Part shown: positions 17,161 through 25,371 of the stretch, in pieces | Layout: every line of letters begins with the position of its first letter | Numbering within the stretch: the first letter of the stretch is position 1 | Origin: a bacterium | Lineage (GTDB): Bacteria; UBP7; UBA6624; JBBIMK01 | DNA length: 32,000 nt | Assembly (NCBI GenBank): GCA_037444445.1 | Contig: JBBIMK010000003.1 | Location: 65,211 to 97,210, forward strand | Direction of reading: 5' to 3' | Program-made: the position numbers and the translations under genes | The notes under the pieces: model-generated | Databases searched by the model: none | Seen by the model: the letters and a program-made list of their open reading frames with translations, nothing else | What the model was told of the DNA's origin: nothing

Positions 17161-17862
17161 TCAGGGTTCCTCGGTTAACATCTGGAGGTTTTTCGGTGAT
17201 TTTATCACAATCTGGCGCGGAGTGTAATCAATCCATCCTTCTTTTTTCCACTCGCTCAGAAAGGTGCTGGCTGTTTCTCGGGCAAGGCCAGTCATATTGG
17301 CTATCTCCTGATGTGAAAGGCGCATGGCGAGCCAGGTTCCTTCCGATGGAGCCTGTCCATATTCTTCTGCAAGGAAGAGTAAAAGGCGGGCAAGACGCGT
17401 CGGGGCACTCTTGAAAAGTAAATCCTTCAGGCGAATCTCAAGAATTTTTCTACGAAGGCCCACCAATTTTATAAACTTCAGGGAAAGATAGGGCTTTTCC
17501 TGAAGAAGCCTTTGAAAATCATCTCTGGGCATGATGCAAAGATAGGTCTCTTCCATTGCCATTGCCTGTTCCTCTCTTTCCTCTTCTCCCGCCACAGCCA
17601 TTTCTCCAAAGATGTCCCCTTCTTTCAGGATAGCGATGGTAAATTCTTTGCCTCCCTCTGTGATTCTGGAAATTTTTACCTTCCCCCGCTTAATCATATA
17701 GACGGCACTGGCAGGCGCCCCCGGAAGATAGATGATTTCTCCTCGCTGAAATATCTTCTCCCGTGAATGACGGTCAATGATGAGATAATCTGCATCGGGA
17801 ATCCCCTGAAACAGGTTAATTTTGTGGAGATACCAGATTTTTTGTGCCTCCGGTTTTCCCAT
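17161..17862 (-). CDS. Crp/Fnr-family transcriptional regulator
   Basis: N-terminal cNMP-binding beta-roll (RGEIIYLPGAPASAVYMIKRGKVKISRITEGGKEFTIAILKEGDIFGE) and C-terminal HTH (SHQEIANMTGLARETASTFLSEWKKEG). Confidence 0.85.
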   Translation of the reverse strand: MGKPEAQKIWYLHKINLFQGIPDADYLIIDRHSREKIFQRGEIIYLPGAPASAVYMIKRGKVKISRITEGGKEFTIAILKEGDIFGEMAVAGEEEREEQAMAMEETYLCIMPRDDFQRLLQEKPYLSLKFIKLVGLRRKILEIRLKDLLFKSAPTRLARLLLFLAEEYGQAPSEGTWLAMRLSHQEIANMTGLARETASTFLSEWKKEGWIDYTPRQIVIKSPKNLQMLTEEP

Positions 17863-17958
17863 CTTCGTATCTCATAAAAGTATTATAACTCCACCTTTTT
17901 CTCTCACGAGGGGAACGAAATCTCATAATAGTCTCACTCACTGCTTACCTCTTCCTTC

Positions 17959-17967
17959 TGTTAAAAT
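17959..17967 (+). promoter_or_regulatory. extended -10 element (TGtTAAAAT) upstream of the solenoid/HEAT operon
   Basis: TGnTAAAAT at 17959-17967, 42 nt upstream of GTG 18010. Confidence 0.35.
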
Positions 17968-18009
17968 GAAGGCGATGGTAAAAAAATTCATCAGATGGAT
18001 GTGTGAACC

Positions 18010-19917
18010 GTGAAGAAGATTTTGAAGGTGTGGATGGTTGTGATAGGTGTGCTGGTAATTTCTGCAGGAACCGAATCTCTCATCCCAGATGATGCGTGGA
18101 GGGCGCTGGACGATGCTTTGCAGTCGCTGAATATGACCCGACAGGACCTGGGCTTTGAGAAGAAGAATGCCCCCAGTATATTTCGCCTTCCCGTGGCAAA
18201 TCTGGCGCTGGATAAACCGTTGGAACTTCCCTTCCTCGCTGATGCTTATTCCCGGAAAATCCGTGAAAGCACTCCACTTGCCCTTATCGGGATAGGTCGG
18301 GAAATCCTGATAGGCGATACAAATGTAAACCTTCTGATGCCGACTTCACCCCAGTTCCCTCGTGAATGGCAAGCAGGAGAGTTGCCTCCGGTTTTGAGAG
18401 AAATCCTGGTTCCGCTGGTTCAGGCCAGGGAAGAATCTGAAAAACTCCTGATGTCTGCCTTTTCCGGTTTAACCCAGCAACAGCAGGAAGCTCTCTTCTA
18501 CACCGCCTCCCGGTTCATCTTTGATGATGAAGAAGAATTCCCACTTGATTTTTATAAAGGAAAGAAGCATCCGGCGGAAATCCAACCGAAAGAGGCGCTG
18601 ACCCTGGTGGAAAAGGTGGATTTTCCACGCATCATTGATGCGGTGCAAGTAATGATGAAGGCAGTGGGAGAGGCAATGAACTCCTTCAAAAGGCTGGACC
18701 TGGATTCCATACCGGCGAGGATTTATGATTCAGAAGTGGGAGGGGCCTCTGTTTTCGTTCAGGAGACGCCGTTTGGTAAGATGGTCATCGGAGGCAACGG
18801 AAAGAACATCTACCGCTGTGGCTGCTGGCTGGTGATAGATTTGGGGGGCGACGATGAATATGAGGGACGCTTAGCGGGTGGGCTGGGTGCCCAAATGCCC
18901 GTCAGCGTTGTGCTGGACCTGGGTGGAAATGACCTCTACCGCTCCGGGGATATTTCCCTCGGTGCGGGATATTTTGGTATCGGAATTCTCTACGATGTGA
19001 GCGGTAATGATGTCTATCGGGGGCATCGGATTACCCTGGGCTCAGGTTTCTTCGGCGCTGGGACGCTGGTAGATGAGGCAGGTGATGACCTCTATGCGGC
19101 AGATGTATTCGCTGAAGGAGCCGGAGGCTTTGGTGTTGGAATTTTGCAGGATTCCGCCGGCGAAGACTTTTATCGTGGAAGCCTCTTCGCCCAGGGGTTC
19201 GGGTTCACTTTAGGAGCAGGTATCCTGTCTGACTCCACCGGAAATGACCTGTATTACGCCGGTGGCAAAATCCTCCACCAACCCCTTTATGCTGATGTCT
19301 ACCGGAGTTTATCTCAGGGCTTCGCCATAGGGATGCGGGATTTGGAAGTGGGGGGTGGCGTGGGCATCCTCTGGGATGGCGTCGGAAATGATGCCTATAT
19401 TGCTCAAGTCTATTGCCAGGGCTCCAGTTACTGGTATTCCCTCGGAATTCTTGTGGATGAGGCAGGAAACGATTCTTACTCCTGCTACATCTACGGACAG
19501 GGGGCTGGTATTCATCTCTCCAGCGGTATCCTCCTGGATAAATCCGGTAATGATGGCTATTATCTCCAGGATGGCGTAGGGCAGGGTGGAGGCCACGACT
19601 GGGCTGTGGGTTTCCTCTACGATATGAAAGGGAACGATTATTACACCGGCGCAGGGCTCAGTCAGGGTAGCGGAAATGCCAATGGTGTAGGCATCCTTTT
19701 AGATTTATCCGGTAATGACGGTTACTCCGGTGTGAAACAGGGAATTCAAGGCGCTGGGAACCCTGCAAGGGATTCCTATAGCATCGGTATTCTTCTGGAC
19801 CTGGGTGGGAAGGATAAGTATTCCGACCAGGGGAAAGATAATTCTATGTGGAGCAGTTCTTCCTGGCCTACTTATGGCGTAGGAATTGACCGAGAAATGG
19901 GAGGGGAGAAAAAGTGA
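18010..19917 (+). CDS. exported protein with 12 copies of a ~26-residue Gly-rich GNDxY repeat (predicted beta-solenoid); function unknown
   Basis: Signal peptide MKKILKVWMVVIGVLVISAGTES. C-terminal half (about nt 18830-19830) carries 12 motifs: GGDDEY, GGNDLY, SGNDVY, AGDDLY, AGEDFY, TGNDLY, VGNDAY, AGNDSY, SGNDGY, KGNDYY, SGNDGY, GGKDKY. Repeat context is L-x-D-x-x-G-N-D-x-Y-x6-Q/L-G-x-G-x4-G-I. Confidence 0.8.
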   Translation: MKKILKVWMVVIGVLVISAGTESLIPDDAWRALDDALQSLNMTRQDLGFEKKNAPSIFRLPVANLALDKPLELPFLADAYSRKIRESTPLALIGIGREILIGDTNVNLLMPTSPQFPREWQAGELPPVLREILVPLVQAREESEKLLMSAFSGLTQQQQEALFYTASRFIFDDEEEFPLDFYKGKKHPAEIQPKEALTLVEKVDFPRIIDAVQVMMKAVGEAMNSFKRLDLDSIPARIYDSEVGGASVFVQETPFGKMVIGGNGKNIYRCGCWLVIDLGGDDEYEGRLAGGLGAQMPVSVVLDLGGNDLYRSGDISLGAGYFGIGILYDVSGNDVYRGHRITLGSGFFGAGTLVDEAGDDLYAADVFAEGAGGFGVGILQDSAGEDFYRGSLFAQGFGFTLGAGILSDSTGNDLYYAGGKILHQPLYADVYRSLSQGFAIGMRDLEVGGGVGILWDGVGNDAYIAQVYCQGSSYWYSLGILVDEAGNDSYSCYIYGQGAGIHLSSGILLDKSGNDGYYLQDGVGQGGGHDWAVGFLYDMKGNDYYTGAGLSQGSGNANGVGILLDLSGNDGYSGVKQGIQGAGNPARDSYSIGILLDLGGKDKYSDQGKDNSMWSSSSWPTYGVGIDREMGGEKK

Positions 19918-20891
19918 CGAAGTGTAATCATTGGCTCTTACTATGGTCATTTTTCATTCTTTTTAGAACTCCTCCAGCCCTTGCCCAGGTGACAACGGGT
20001 GAGCTGGAGGAACTCTTCCAAACGGCTTCTTTGTGGCAGGTGGGTGAAGAAGCCCACAGGAAGAAAATTGACGAGGCGAGAAAACGATTAGTTGAACTGG
20101 GCGAGCCGGCACTCCGATTCATCCTGAATGAAAAACTGGATACCATCAATTCTCTTGAAATAAGGGCGATTGAAGTGGTCGTCCTGGGAAACGGTGAGAA
20201 AGCCATTCCCCTTCTTGTGGAAAAACTGCAAAGTGAAAAACCCAGAGTTTTGAGGAATGCTGTCCTGCTCCTGGGTTCATTAAAAGCGAAGCAGGCAGGC
20301 CCACAGATTGCCCATTTACTACAACGCAAACCCCTTCCCCCAAAGTGGGTGCTGCGGATAATCCTCAGAGTTCTTGCTCAATTAGAGTATCGGGAAGGTG
20401 TCCCTGAAATCTTAAGTTTTCTAAATGACCCCGACGAGTTGGTGGTCATTTCAGCGACCTGGGCGCTGGGAGTTCTGAAGGATCCCACCACCATCCCACC
20501 TTTGATGGATATGTTGGATTCGGAGCAGTATATCCGCCGGGATGCGGCTGAAAATGCCCTGTCCGCCCTTGCCAATGTTGGGATGTCCTACTACTTGAGG
20601 AAGGCATTGACAGAAACGGAGGAATCAACGCCTTTGAAGCACTTCATTCGCCTCGCCGGGCGATTGAAATGCCAGGAATGCGTTCCCGTCCTTATTCCGT
20701 TCTTGAAGCATTCCGATTGGAGTGTCCGGGGTTACGCGGTAGAAGCCCTCGGCAGGATTGGTACCCGAAGAGGGCTCTCTGCCATCGCTTATCTCCAGCA
20801 CCGGGAATCCCATCCCTTCGTCCTCTTCCACATTCAAAAAGCGATGTCGCAATCTCCTCAAAAACAGAAAGCACCAGCAGGACTACCATAG
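19914..20891 (+). CDS. exported HEAT/PBS-lyase-like repeat protein
   Basis: Signal peptide MTKCNHWLLLWSFFILFRTPPALA-QV. Repeated helical units of HEAT_2 type (VLRNAVLLLGSL, VVISATWALGVL, IRRDAAENALSAL, SVRGYAVEALGRIG). The GTG overlaps the upstream stop as GTGA, with a GGGAGGGGAG RBS. Confidence 0.75.
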   Translation: MTKCNHWLLLWSFFILFRTPPALAQVTTGELEELFQTASLWQVGEEAHRKKIDEARKRLVELGEPALRFILNEKLDTINSLEIRAIEVVVLGNGEKAIPLLVEKLQSEKPRVLRNAVLLLGSLKAKQAGPQIAHLLQRKPLPPKWVLRIILRVLAQLEYREGVPEILSFLNDPDELVVISATWALGVLKDPTTIPPLMDMLDSEQYIRRDAAENALSALANVGMSYYLRKALTETEESTPLKHFIRLAGRLKCQECVPVLIPFLKHSDWSVRGYAVEALGRIGTRRGLSAIAYLQHRESHPFVLFHIQKAMSQSPQKQKAPAGLP

Positions 20892-21066
20892 CGGCATTGC
20901 ATTGCTGGGTGCGACACGGGTTCCTTCGCCCCGGGTCTTCACCCCGTCCACAAACTCAACAAATTCACTTCTGAAACACCAGGGGCATTCCGGAGGGTGT
21001 CAAAACCCTTTACTGCCTTCGCCATCCCCACATATTTCAGGTGAATCTATCATCCATAGCACCGGG

Positions 21067-23547
21067 TTAAAAGAGGCGCTGGGGGCGGATTTCTCTCGCT
21101 TTCTCCTCTTCTTTCATTTCTTCGGGTGCGGGTGGGGAAGGCTCCGGGATGGTTTGTTCCCGACTTTCCATCTGTGAAAGAATTTCACGGGCTCTGCGAA
21201 CGACCAGCGGGGGTAATCCTGCCAATCGTGCCACTTCAATTCCATAACTCCGAGTGGCTCGCCCGGGAACCACTTTATGTAATAGCACCACCTCACTGCC
21301 CCTTTCTTCCACTGCTACCTGAAGGTTGAAAGCCCCTTCTATATGATTATCCAGGGCCGTAAGTTCATGATAATGGGTGGCGAAGATGGTCCGACATTTT
21401 AAGTGAGAAGCCACATATTCACCCACCGCCCAGGCGATGGAGATGCCGTCGTAGGTGCTGGTTCCACGACCGATTTCATCCAGAACCACCAGGCTTCTCC
21501 GGGTAGCATTCCGGAGGATTTTTGCTGTTTCTGTCATTTCCATCATGAAAGTGGATTGCCCTCGGGCGATGTCATCAGAGGCGCCCACACGGGTGTAAAT
21601 CCCGTCCACCACACCGATTTCTGCTTTCTCTGCCGGCACGAAACTCCCCATTTGTGCCATGAGTGTGATGAGTGCAATCTGGCGAATGTAGGTGGATTTG
21701 CCGGACATATTAGGACCGGTGATGATGCCGAGGCGCTTGTTTGCTGTATCCAGATAGGCATCGTTGGGAACGAATTCGCCGGGCGGGAGCAGGGCTTCTA
21801 CCACCGGGTGACGCCCCCGATGAATGGAAATCCTCGCCTTCTCGTCTATCAAGGGCTTGCAGTAATCCCGTTCCTCTGCCACCTCGGCGAGGGAAAGGAG
21901 AAAATCCAGTAAGGCAAGCGCGGATGCCATTCTTACCAGGTTTCGGGCTGATTGCTGTGCCTGTTCGGATAAAATCTCTATGAGTTCCTCCTCTCTTGCC
22001 TGCAATTCTTCCTGTGCGGTCAGGACCTTTTCCTCCATTCGTTTTAACTCGGGCGTGGTGAAGCGCTCTGCGTTCACCATGGTTTGTTTACGCTCATACT
22101 CTGCTGGCACGAGGGATAGATTGGGCTTCGTCACCTCAATAAAATACCCGAATATTTTGTTATAGCGAACTTTCAAAGATTTGATGCCCGTTCTCTGGCG
22201 TTCCTTCTCCTCCAGTTGTTGAAACCACCTTTCCCCGTAGGTGGCCAGGGAGCGGAGTTCATCCAGACGATCATCAAAACTGTTGCGAAAGATTTTTTCC
22301 GGGGAATATTCTTCCTCTAAGGCTTGCTCTAAAAGCGATAACATTTGTTGGAATGAGGCGATTGCCGTTTGAATTTCCTTCAACAGAAGGCTCTGAGTGT
22401 CCTGGAGGAGGGGATGAATTAGAGCCACTTTGCGGAGAGAATTTCGGAGGCGGAACAGGTCGTAGGGGCGAATTTTTCGCGCCCCGCATTTCCCCGCCAG
22501 CCGTTCCAGGTCGCCCATCCCTTTGAAAGCCTCCGAAAGGTCATCCCGAAGATATCCGTTGTTGAGCAGTTCTTCTATCGCTGTCTGTCGCTGGAGAATC
22601 TCCGGGATTCGGCAAAGGGGTGCCAGGATTTCGCTCTTCAGAAATCGCTTGCCCATAGGAGTTTTCACCCTGTCCAGACACCACAGCAGACTCCCTTCTT
22701 CTCCCTTCCAGGTTTCCACTAATTCCAGATTCTTTGCGGTGCTGGAATCTAAAACAACCCTCTGCTCCGGATGGTAAAAGCGAATGGTGTGGAAATGGTG
22801 CAATTGAACCAGTTTGAGTGAGGATAGATAGGAGAGGGCGATGACAGAAGCACGAGTGGCAAGAGGATGAGCATCCAGGTCAAAAACTTTTAGAGAGTGG
22901 ACCCCGAAAAAGCGTTTGAGGGTTTCTTCATCGGATGAATACTGGGAATCATCTATGGGGTGAAGGTGAATTCCCGCGGATTGCAGGGTAGTCAGAGTTT
23001 CCTGCCTGCCGAGAAACAAGATTTCTTTCGGACCGCGAAGGAAAATTTCTTCCCGTAGGCGGTCTATCGTGCTACCGGTATGAATTTCTGTGGCGATGAA
23101 CTCGCCGATGGAAGTTTCTACAAAGGCTAAGCCGAATTTCCCGTTCTCTTCCACAATGACGCAGAGATAATTTTTCTTCCCTTCGTCCAGGAACTCTTCC
23201 CGGATAATGGCGCCCGGGGTGAGAACTTCCACCACTTCTCGTTTCACCAGCCCTTTGGCTTTTTTCGGATCTTCCACCTGCTCACAAATGGCTACTTTAC
23301 AGCCCGCTTTTAGCAGGCGCAGGATGTATCGTGAGGCCGAATGATACGGAACACCACACATGGGAACGGATTGGTCTTTTTTCACTCCTCTTCTTGTCAG
23401 AGTGATACCGAGAATTTCCGATGCTTTGCGAGCGTCCTCACCGAACATTTCATAAAAGTCCCCCAGGCGAAAAAGCAGAATAAAATCGGCATAGGTTCGC
23501 TTGAACCGCCGATACTGCATCATCATAGGTGTGAATTTCTCTTCCAC
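21067..23547 (-). CDS. mutS: DNA mismatch repair protein MutS
   Basis: 826 aa. N-terminal TPMMMQYRRFK...LFRLGDFYEMFGEDA (mismatch-binding Phe-x-Glu), Walker A GPNMSGKST and DEIGRGTSTYDG. Confidence 0.95.
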   Translation of the reverse strand: MEEKFTPMMMQYRRFKRTYADFILLFRLGDFYEMFGEDARKASEILGITLTRRGVKKDQSVPMCGVPYHSASRYILRLLKAGCKVAICEQVEDPKKAKGLVKREVVEVLTPGAIIREEFLDEGKKNYLCVIVEENGKFGLAFVETSIGEFIATEIHTGSTIDRLREEIFLRGPKEILFLGRQETLTTLQSAGIHLHPIDDSQYSSDEETLKRFFGVHSLKVFDLDAHPLATRASVIALSYLSSLKLVQLHHFHTIRFYHPEQRVVLDSSTAKNLELVETWKGEEGSLLWCLDRVKTPMGKRFLKSEILAPLCRIPEILQRQTAIEELLNNGYLRDDLSEAFKGMGDLERLAGKCGARKIRPYDLFRLRNSLRKVALIHPLLQDTQSLLLKEIQTAIASFQQMLSLLEQALEEEYSPEKIFRNSFDDRLDELRSLATYGERWFQQLEEKERQRTGIKSLKVRYNKIFGYFIEVTKPNLSLVPAEYERKQTMVNAERFTTPELKRMEEKVLTAQEELQAREEELIEILSEQAQQSARNLVRMASALALLDFLLSLAEVAEERDYCKPLIDEKARISIHRGRHPVVEALLPPGEFVPNDAYLDTANKRLGIITGPNMSGKSTYIRQIALITLMAQMGSFVPAEKAEIGVVDGIYTRVGASDDIARGQSTFMMEMTETAKILRNATRRSLVVLDEIGRGTSTYDGISIAWAVGEYVASHLKCRTIFATHYHELTALDNHIEGAFNLQVAVEERGSEVVLLHKVVPGRATRSYGIEVARLAGLPPLVVRRAREILSQMESREQTIPEPSPPAPEEMKEEEKAREIRPQRLF

Positions 23548-23573
23548 TTCTTTGCCCTTCTCCCATCCACAAT

Positions 23574-23582
23574 CTTATACCA
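23574..23582 (-). promoter_or_regulatory. extended -10 element (TGgTATAAG) upstream of mutS
   Basis: Minus strand reads TGGTATAAG, 26 nt upstream of the GTG start, with GGGAGAAGGG as RBS in between. Confidence 0.4.
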
Positions 23583-24011
23583 GGTTTGCGTTCAGAATCA
23601 GGCGATGATTCACAGCGCAGTATCTACCAAACTTTTGGGTTCAGGCACCAAAAGTGCTGGTGAAATGGTTCTATCTCTTGCATTTTCTAAGGGTCTATAA
23701 TCTGAATAATTTTAAATGACTATCATTTTATGATAGAGATTACCTCGCTCATTGAATCGTAATTCACATTTTTTGAGATGGAAGTAAAGGTTTTGAACTC
23801 TGACCCCATTGAACCTCAATAGCCTGCGTTTGGCAAAGGCTCAGAAAGCGCTGTTATTGCCGATTCACTGTGTTGCGATTTATCCCGTAAGACAAGCAGT
23901 TTGGGTGGCGGTTAGGTCTTCACAGAAATACCGGAAAATTTTTTTAATTTGTCATCAGTTAATTTTGCCGTATTTTGATAAGCATCTAAACGATTTTACC
24001 ACAAAAATTTC

Positions 24012-24956
24012 CTATTCTATACCTCTTTCAGCAAGAGTATCACAGAGGGATTGCGGATTAAATAATTCCTGCAAGAAGACAATATCGGGGTCCAAATCAT
24101 TTTGGACACGCTCTCTAACCTCTTCTTCGTCTGTCTTCCAGCAAAGTTTGTTTTTGTAGCCGTGTTTCAAGCACTTAACCGCCGCATTTCCTACATTGGC
24201 GGTGAGAGTGGTATAAATGGAATCACCACCTCCTACTCCGCCGGTCGCCTCCAGCCCGCTCCGCAGACCTGAAAAACCTGAACTACCAGTTCCCTGTGTA
24301 TTTTGGATGCAGAGACCTTGAGAATAGGACCAGCGCCTACCCTCTCCGCCTATGCAGCTGTAGCCATCCCAGATTCCGCCGGAGGATATGCAAGCGCTCA
24401 TTGCTTCATTCATCTTCACAGCCCCGAACTGAAAGCCTTCTTTCACTGCTAATCCTTGACTCGGGATTGCAGGGTCGTCTATCAGGTCATAGATGAACCC
24501 CTGGGCCAGTCCATCAACTGGAAAATCCCAGAAAATTGGCTCTCTGTGAAAATCCTCCTGCACTACTTTGTACCAGGTAAATAGGTCCGGTTCAGGAGCA
24601 GATTGACTTATTTTCACTCTGTCGTAGGGTGAAATCAGCCCTATACTTGCAGATTCCCTATTGAACTCCTCTGCATCTGAAGAAATGATAATGTAATCAC
24701 TCAGAGGGATGATGTAGGACGGCAGGGGATGAGGGGATTGATTGGCTGGCAGAATAGTGAGTTTGAAGTTTGTGGGATTCTCAACCAAATGAGTGGAGAT
24801 TGCGAGAGTGTGCTGCCCCAGCATAATCTTTCCACCGGAGGAATCCACCACCGCGTAGCCGGTGAGGCTAAGAATGGGCAAGTGGCAGTAGTCATCATCC
24901 GTTTCTTCAGGCGGAGGGCAATTGGTAAAAGGTAGCGATGACGGATTTATCCGCAT
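24012..24956 (-). CDS. C-terminal fragment of a surface lipoprotein gene (unknown domain, lectin-like Cys/Gly-rich region, then the first ~25 residues of an EEP-type nuclease/phosphatase domain)
   Basis: 314-aa ORF with no RBS before its ATG. It overlaps the upstream ORF by 50 nt in the +1 frame. It ends ...VQNDLDPDIVFLQELFNPQ..., which resembles the first motif of the endonuclease/exonuclease/phosphatase fold, then stops. Probably part of one disrupted gene; see findings. Confidence 0.5.
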   Translation of the reverse strand: MRINPSSLPFTNCPPPEETDDDYCHLPILSLTGYAVVDSSGGKIMLGQHTLAISTHLVENPTNFKLTILPANQSPHPLPSYIIPLSDYIIISSDAEEFNRESASIGLISPYDRVKISQSAPEPDLFTWYKVVQEDFHREPIFWDFPVDGLAQGFIYDLIDDPAIPSQGLAVKEGFQFGAVKMNEAMSACISSGGIWDGYSCIGGEGRRWSYSQGLCIQNTQGTGSSGFSGLRSGLEATGGVGGGDSIYTTLTANVGNAAVKCLKHGYKNKLCWKTDEEEVRERVQNDLDPDIVFLQELFNPQSLCDTLAERGIE

Positions 24957-25371
24957 CCATCGTTAGATTGCAGGTGCTGGTGCCTCTGCATTCTCCACCC
25001 CGGCCCGCAAAACTCCAGCCGGAATCCGGGGTCGCTGTAAGAGCCACAGATGTGTTAGAGGGGAAAGAGGCGGTGCAGGTGTCCCCACAGTGAATCCCTG
25101 CCGGGATGCTGATGACGGTGCCGTTTCCGAATCGGCTCACCGTCAGAGTGGAGTCACCACTTTGAGGAGTGAACGAACCCTGGCTGATGCGCACTGGAAT
25201 GGGGTCGGACCAGGAACCCAATTCTCCCTTTGCATCCATCGCCCGACATTGCACGGAATACATGCCCGGCGAATCAAAGGAGTGGGAAAGGGTTACGGTG
25301 GTGCCACTGGCAACCCTCTCGCCTTCTGTATCCACCGCTTCATCTCCATTCCAATCCCACTGGTAAATCAC
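24907..25371 (-). CDS. N-terminal fragment of the same lipoprotein gene: PKD-like domain + InlB B-repeat-like domain
   Basis: YQWDWNGDE...YSVQCRAMD is PKD-like. STLTVSRFGNGTVISIPAGIHCGDTCTASFPSNTSVALTATPDSGWSFAGRGGECRGTSTCNLTMDADKSVIATF fits the divergent InlB B-repeat pattern. The frame stays open upstream to 25575 and there encodes a lipobox signal peptide (LTIAIFLILQPAC), but the only canonical start in frame is GTG 25371. Confidence 0.55.
   Translation of the reverse strand: MIYQWDWNGDEAVDTEGERVASGTTVTLSHSFDSPGMYSVQCRAMDAKGELGSWSDPIPVRISQGSFTPQSGDSTLTVSRFGNGTVISIPAGIHCGDTCTASFPSNTSVALTATPDSGWSFAGRGGECRGTSTCNLTMDADKSVIATFYQLPSA

Noticed and set aside
20994-21012. Hairpin AGGGT-GTCAAA-ACCCT followed by TTT as a terminator between the convergent HEAT and mutS genes.
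   Set aside because: The stem is only 5 bp and the T-tract is 3 nt, which is too weak to call. I found no convincing intrinsic terminator anywhere in the window.
21403-21912. Long antisense or alternative-frame ORFs inside conserved genes, for example 21403-21912 and 22523-22777 in mutS, 104-361, 594-881 and 925-1266 in the sugar genes, 3989-4444 in the M48 gene, and 14459-14860 in murQ.
   Set aside because: They overlap genes that have clear family signatures on the other strand or frame. They have low-complexity, Arg/Ser/Pro-rich compositions, no RBS and no recognisable motif.
23809-24159. 116-aa plus-strand ORF in the AT-rich block upstream of mutS.
   Set aside because: No RBS, odd composition and no motif, and its 3' part overlaps the minus-strand lipoprotein fragment. 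Most likely a chance ORF in AT-rich DNA.
24012-24500. Diversity-generating retroelement target. The Cys/Gly-rich lectin-like region ending ...AAVKCLKHGY resembles C-type-lectin-fold variable regions.
   Set aside because: No reverse transcriptase, template repeat or near-identical second copy of this segment exists in the window.
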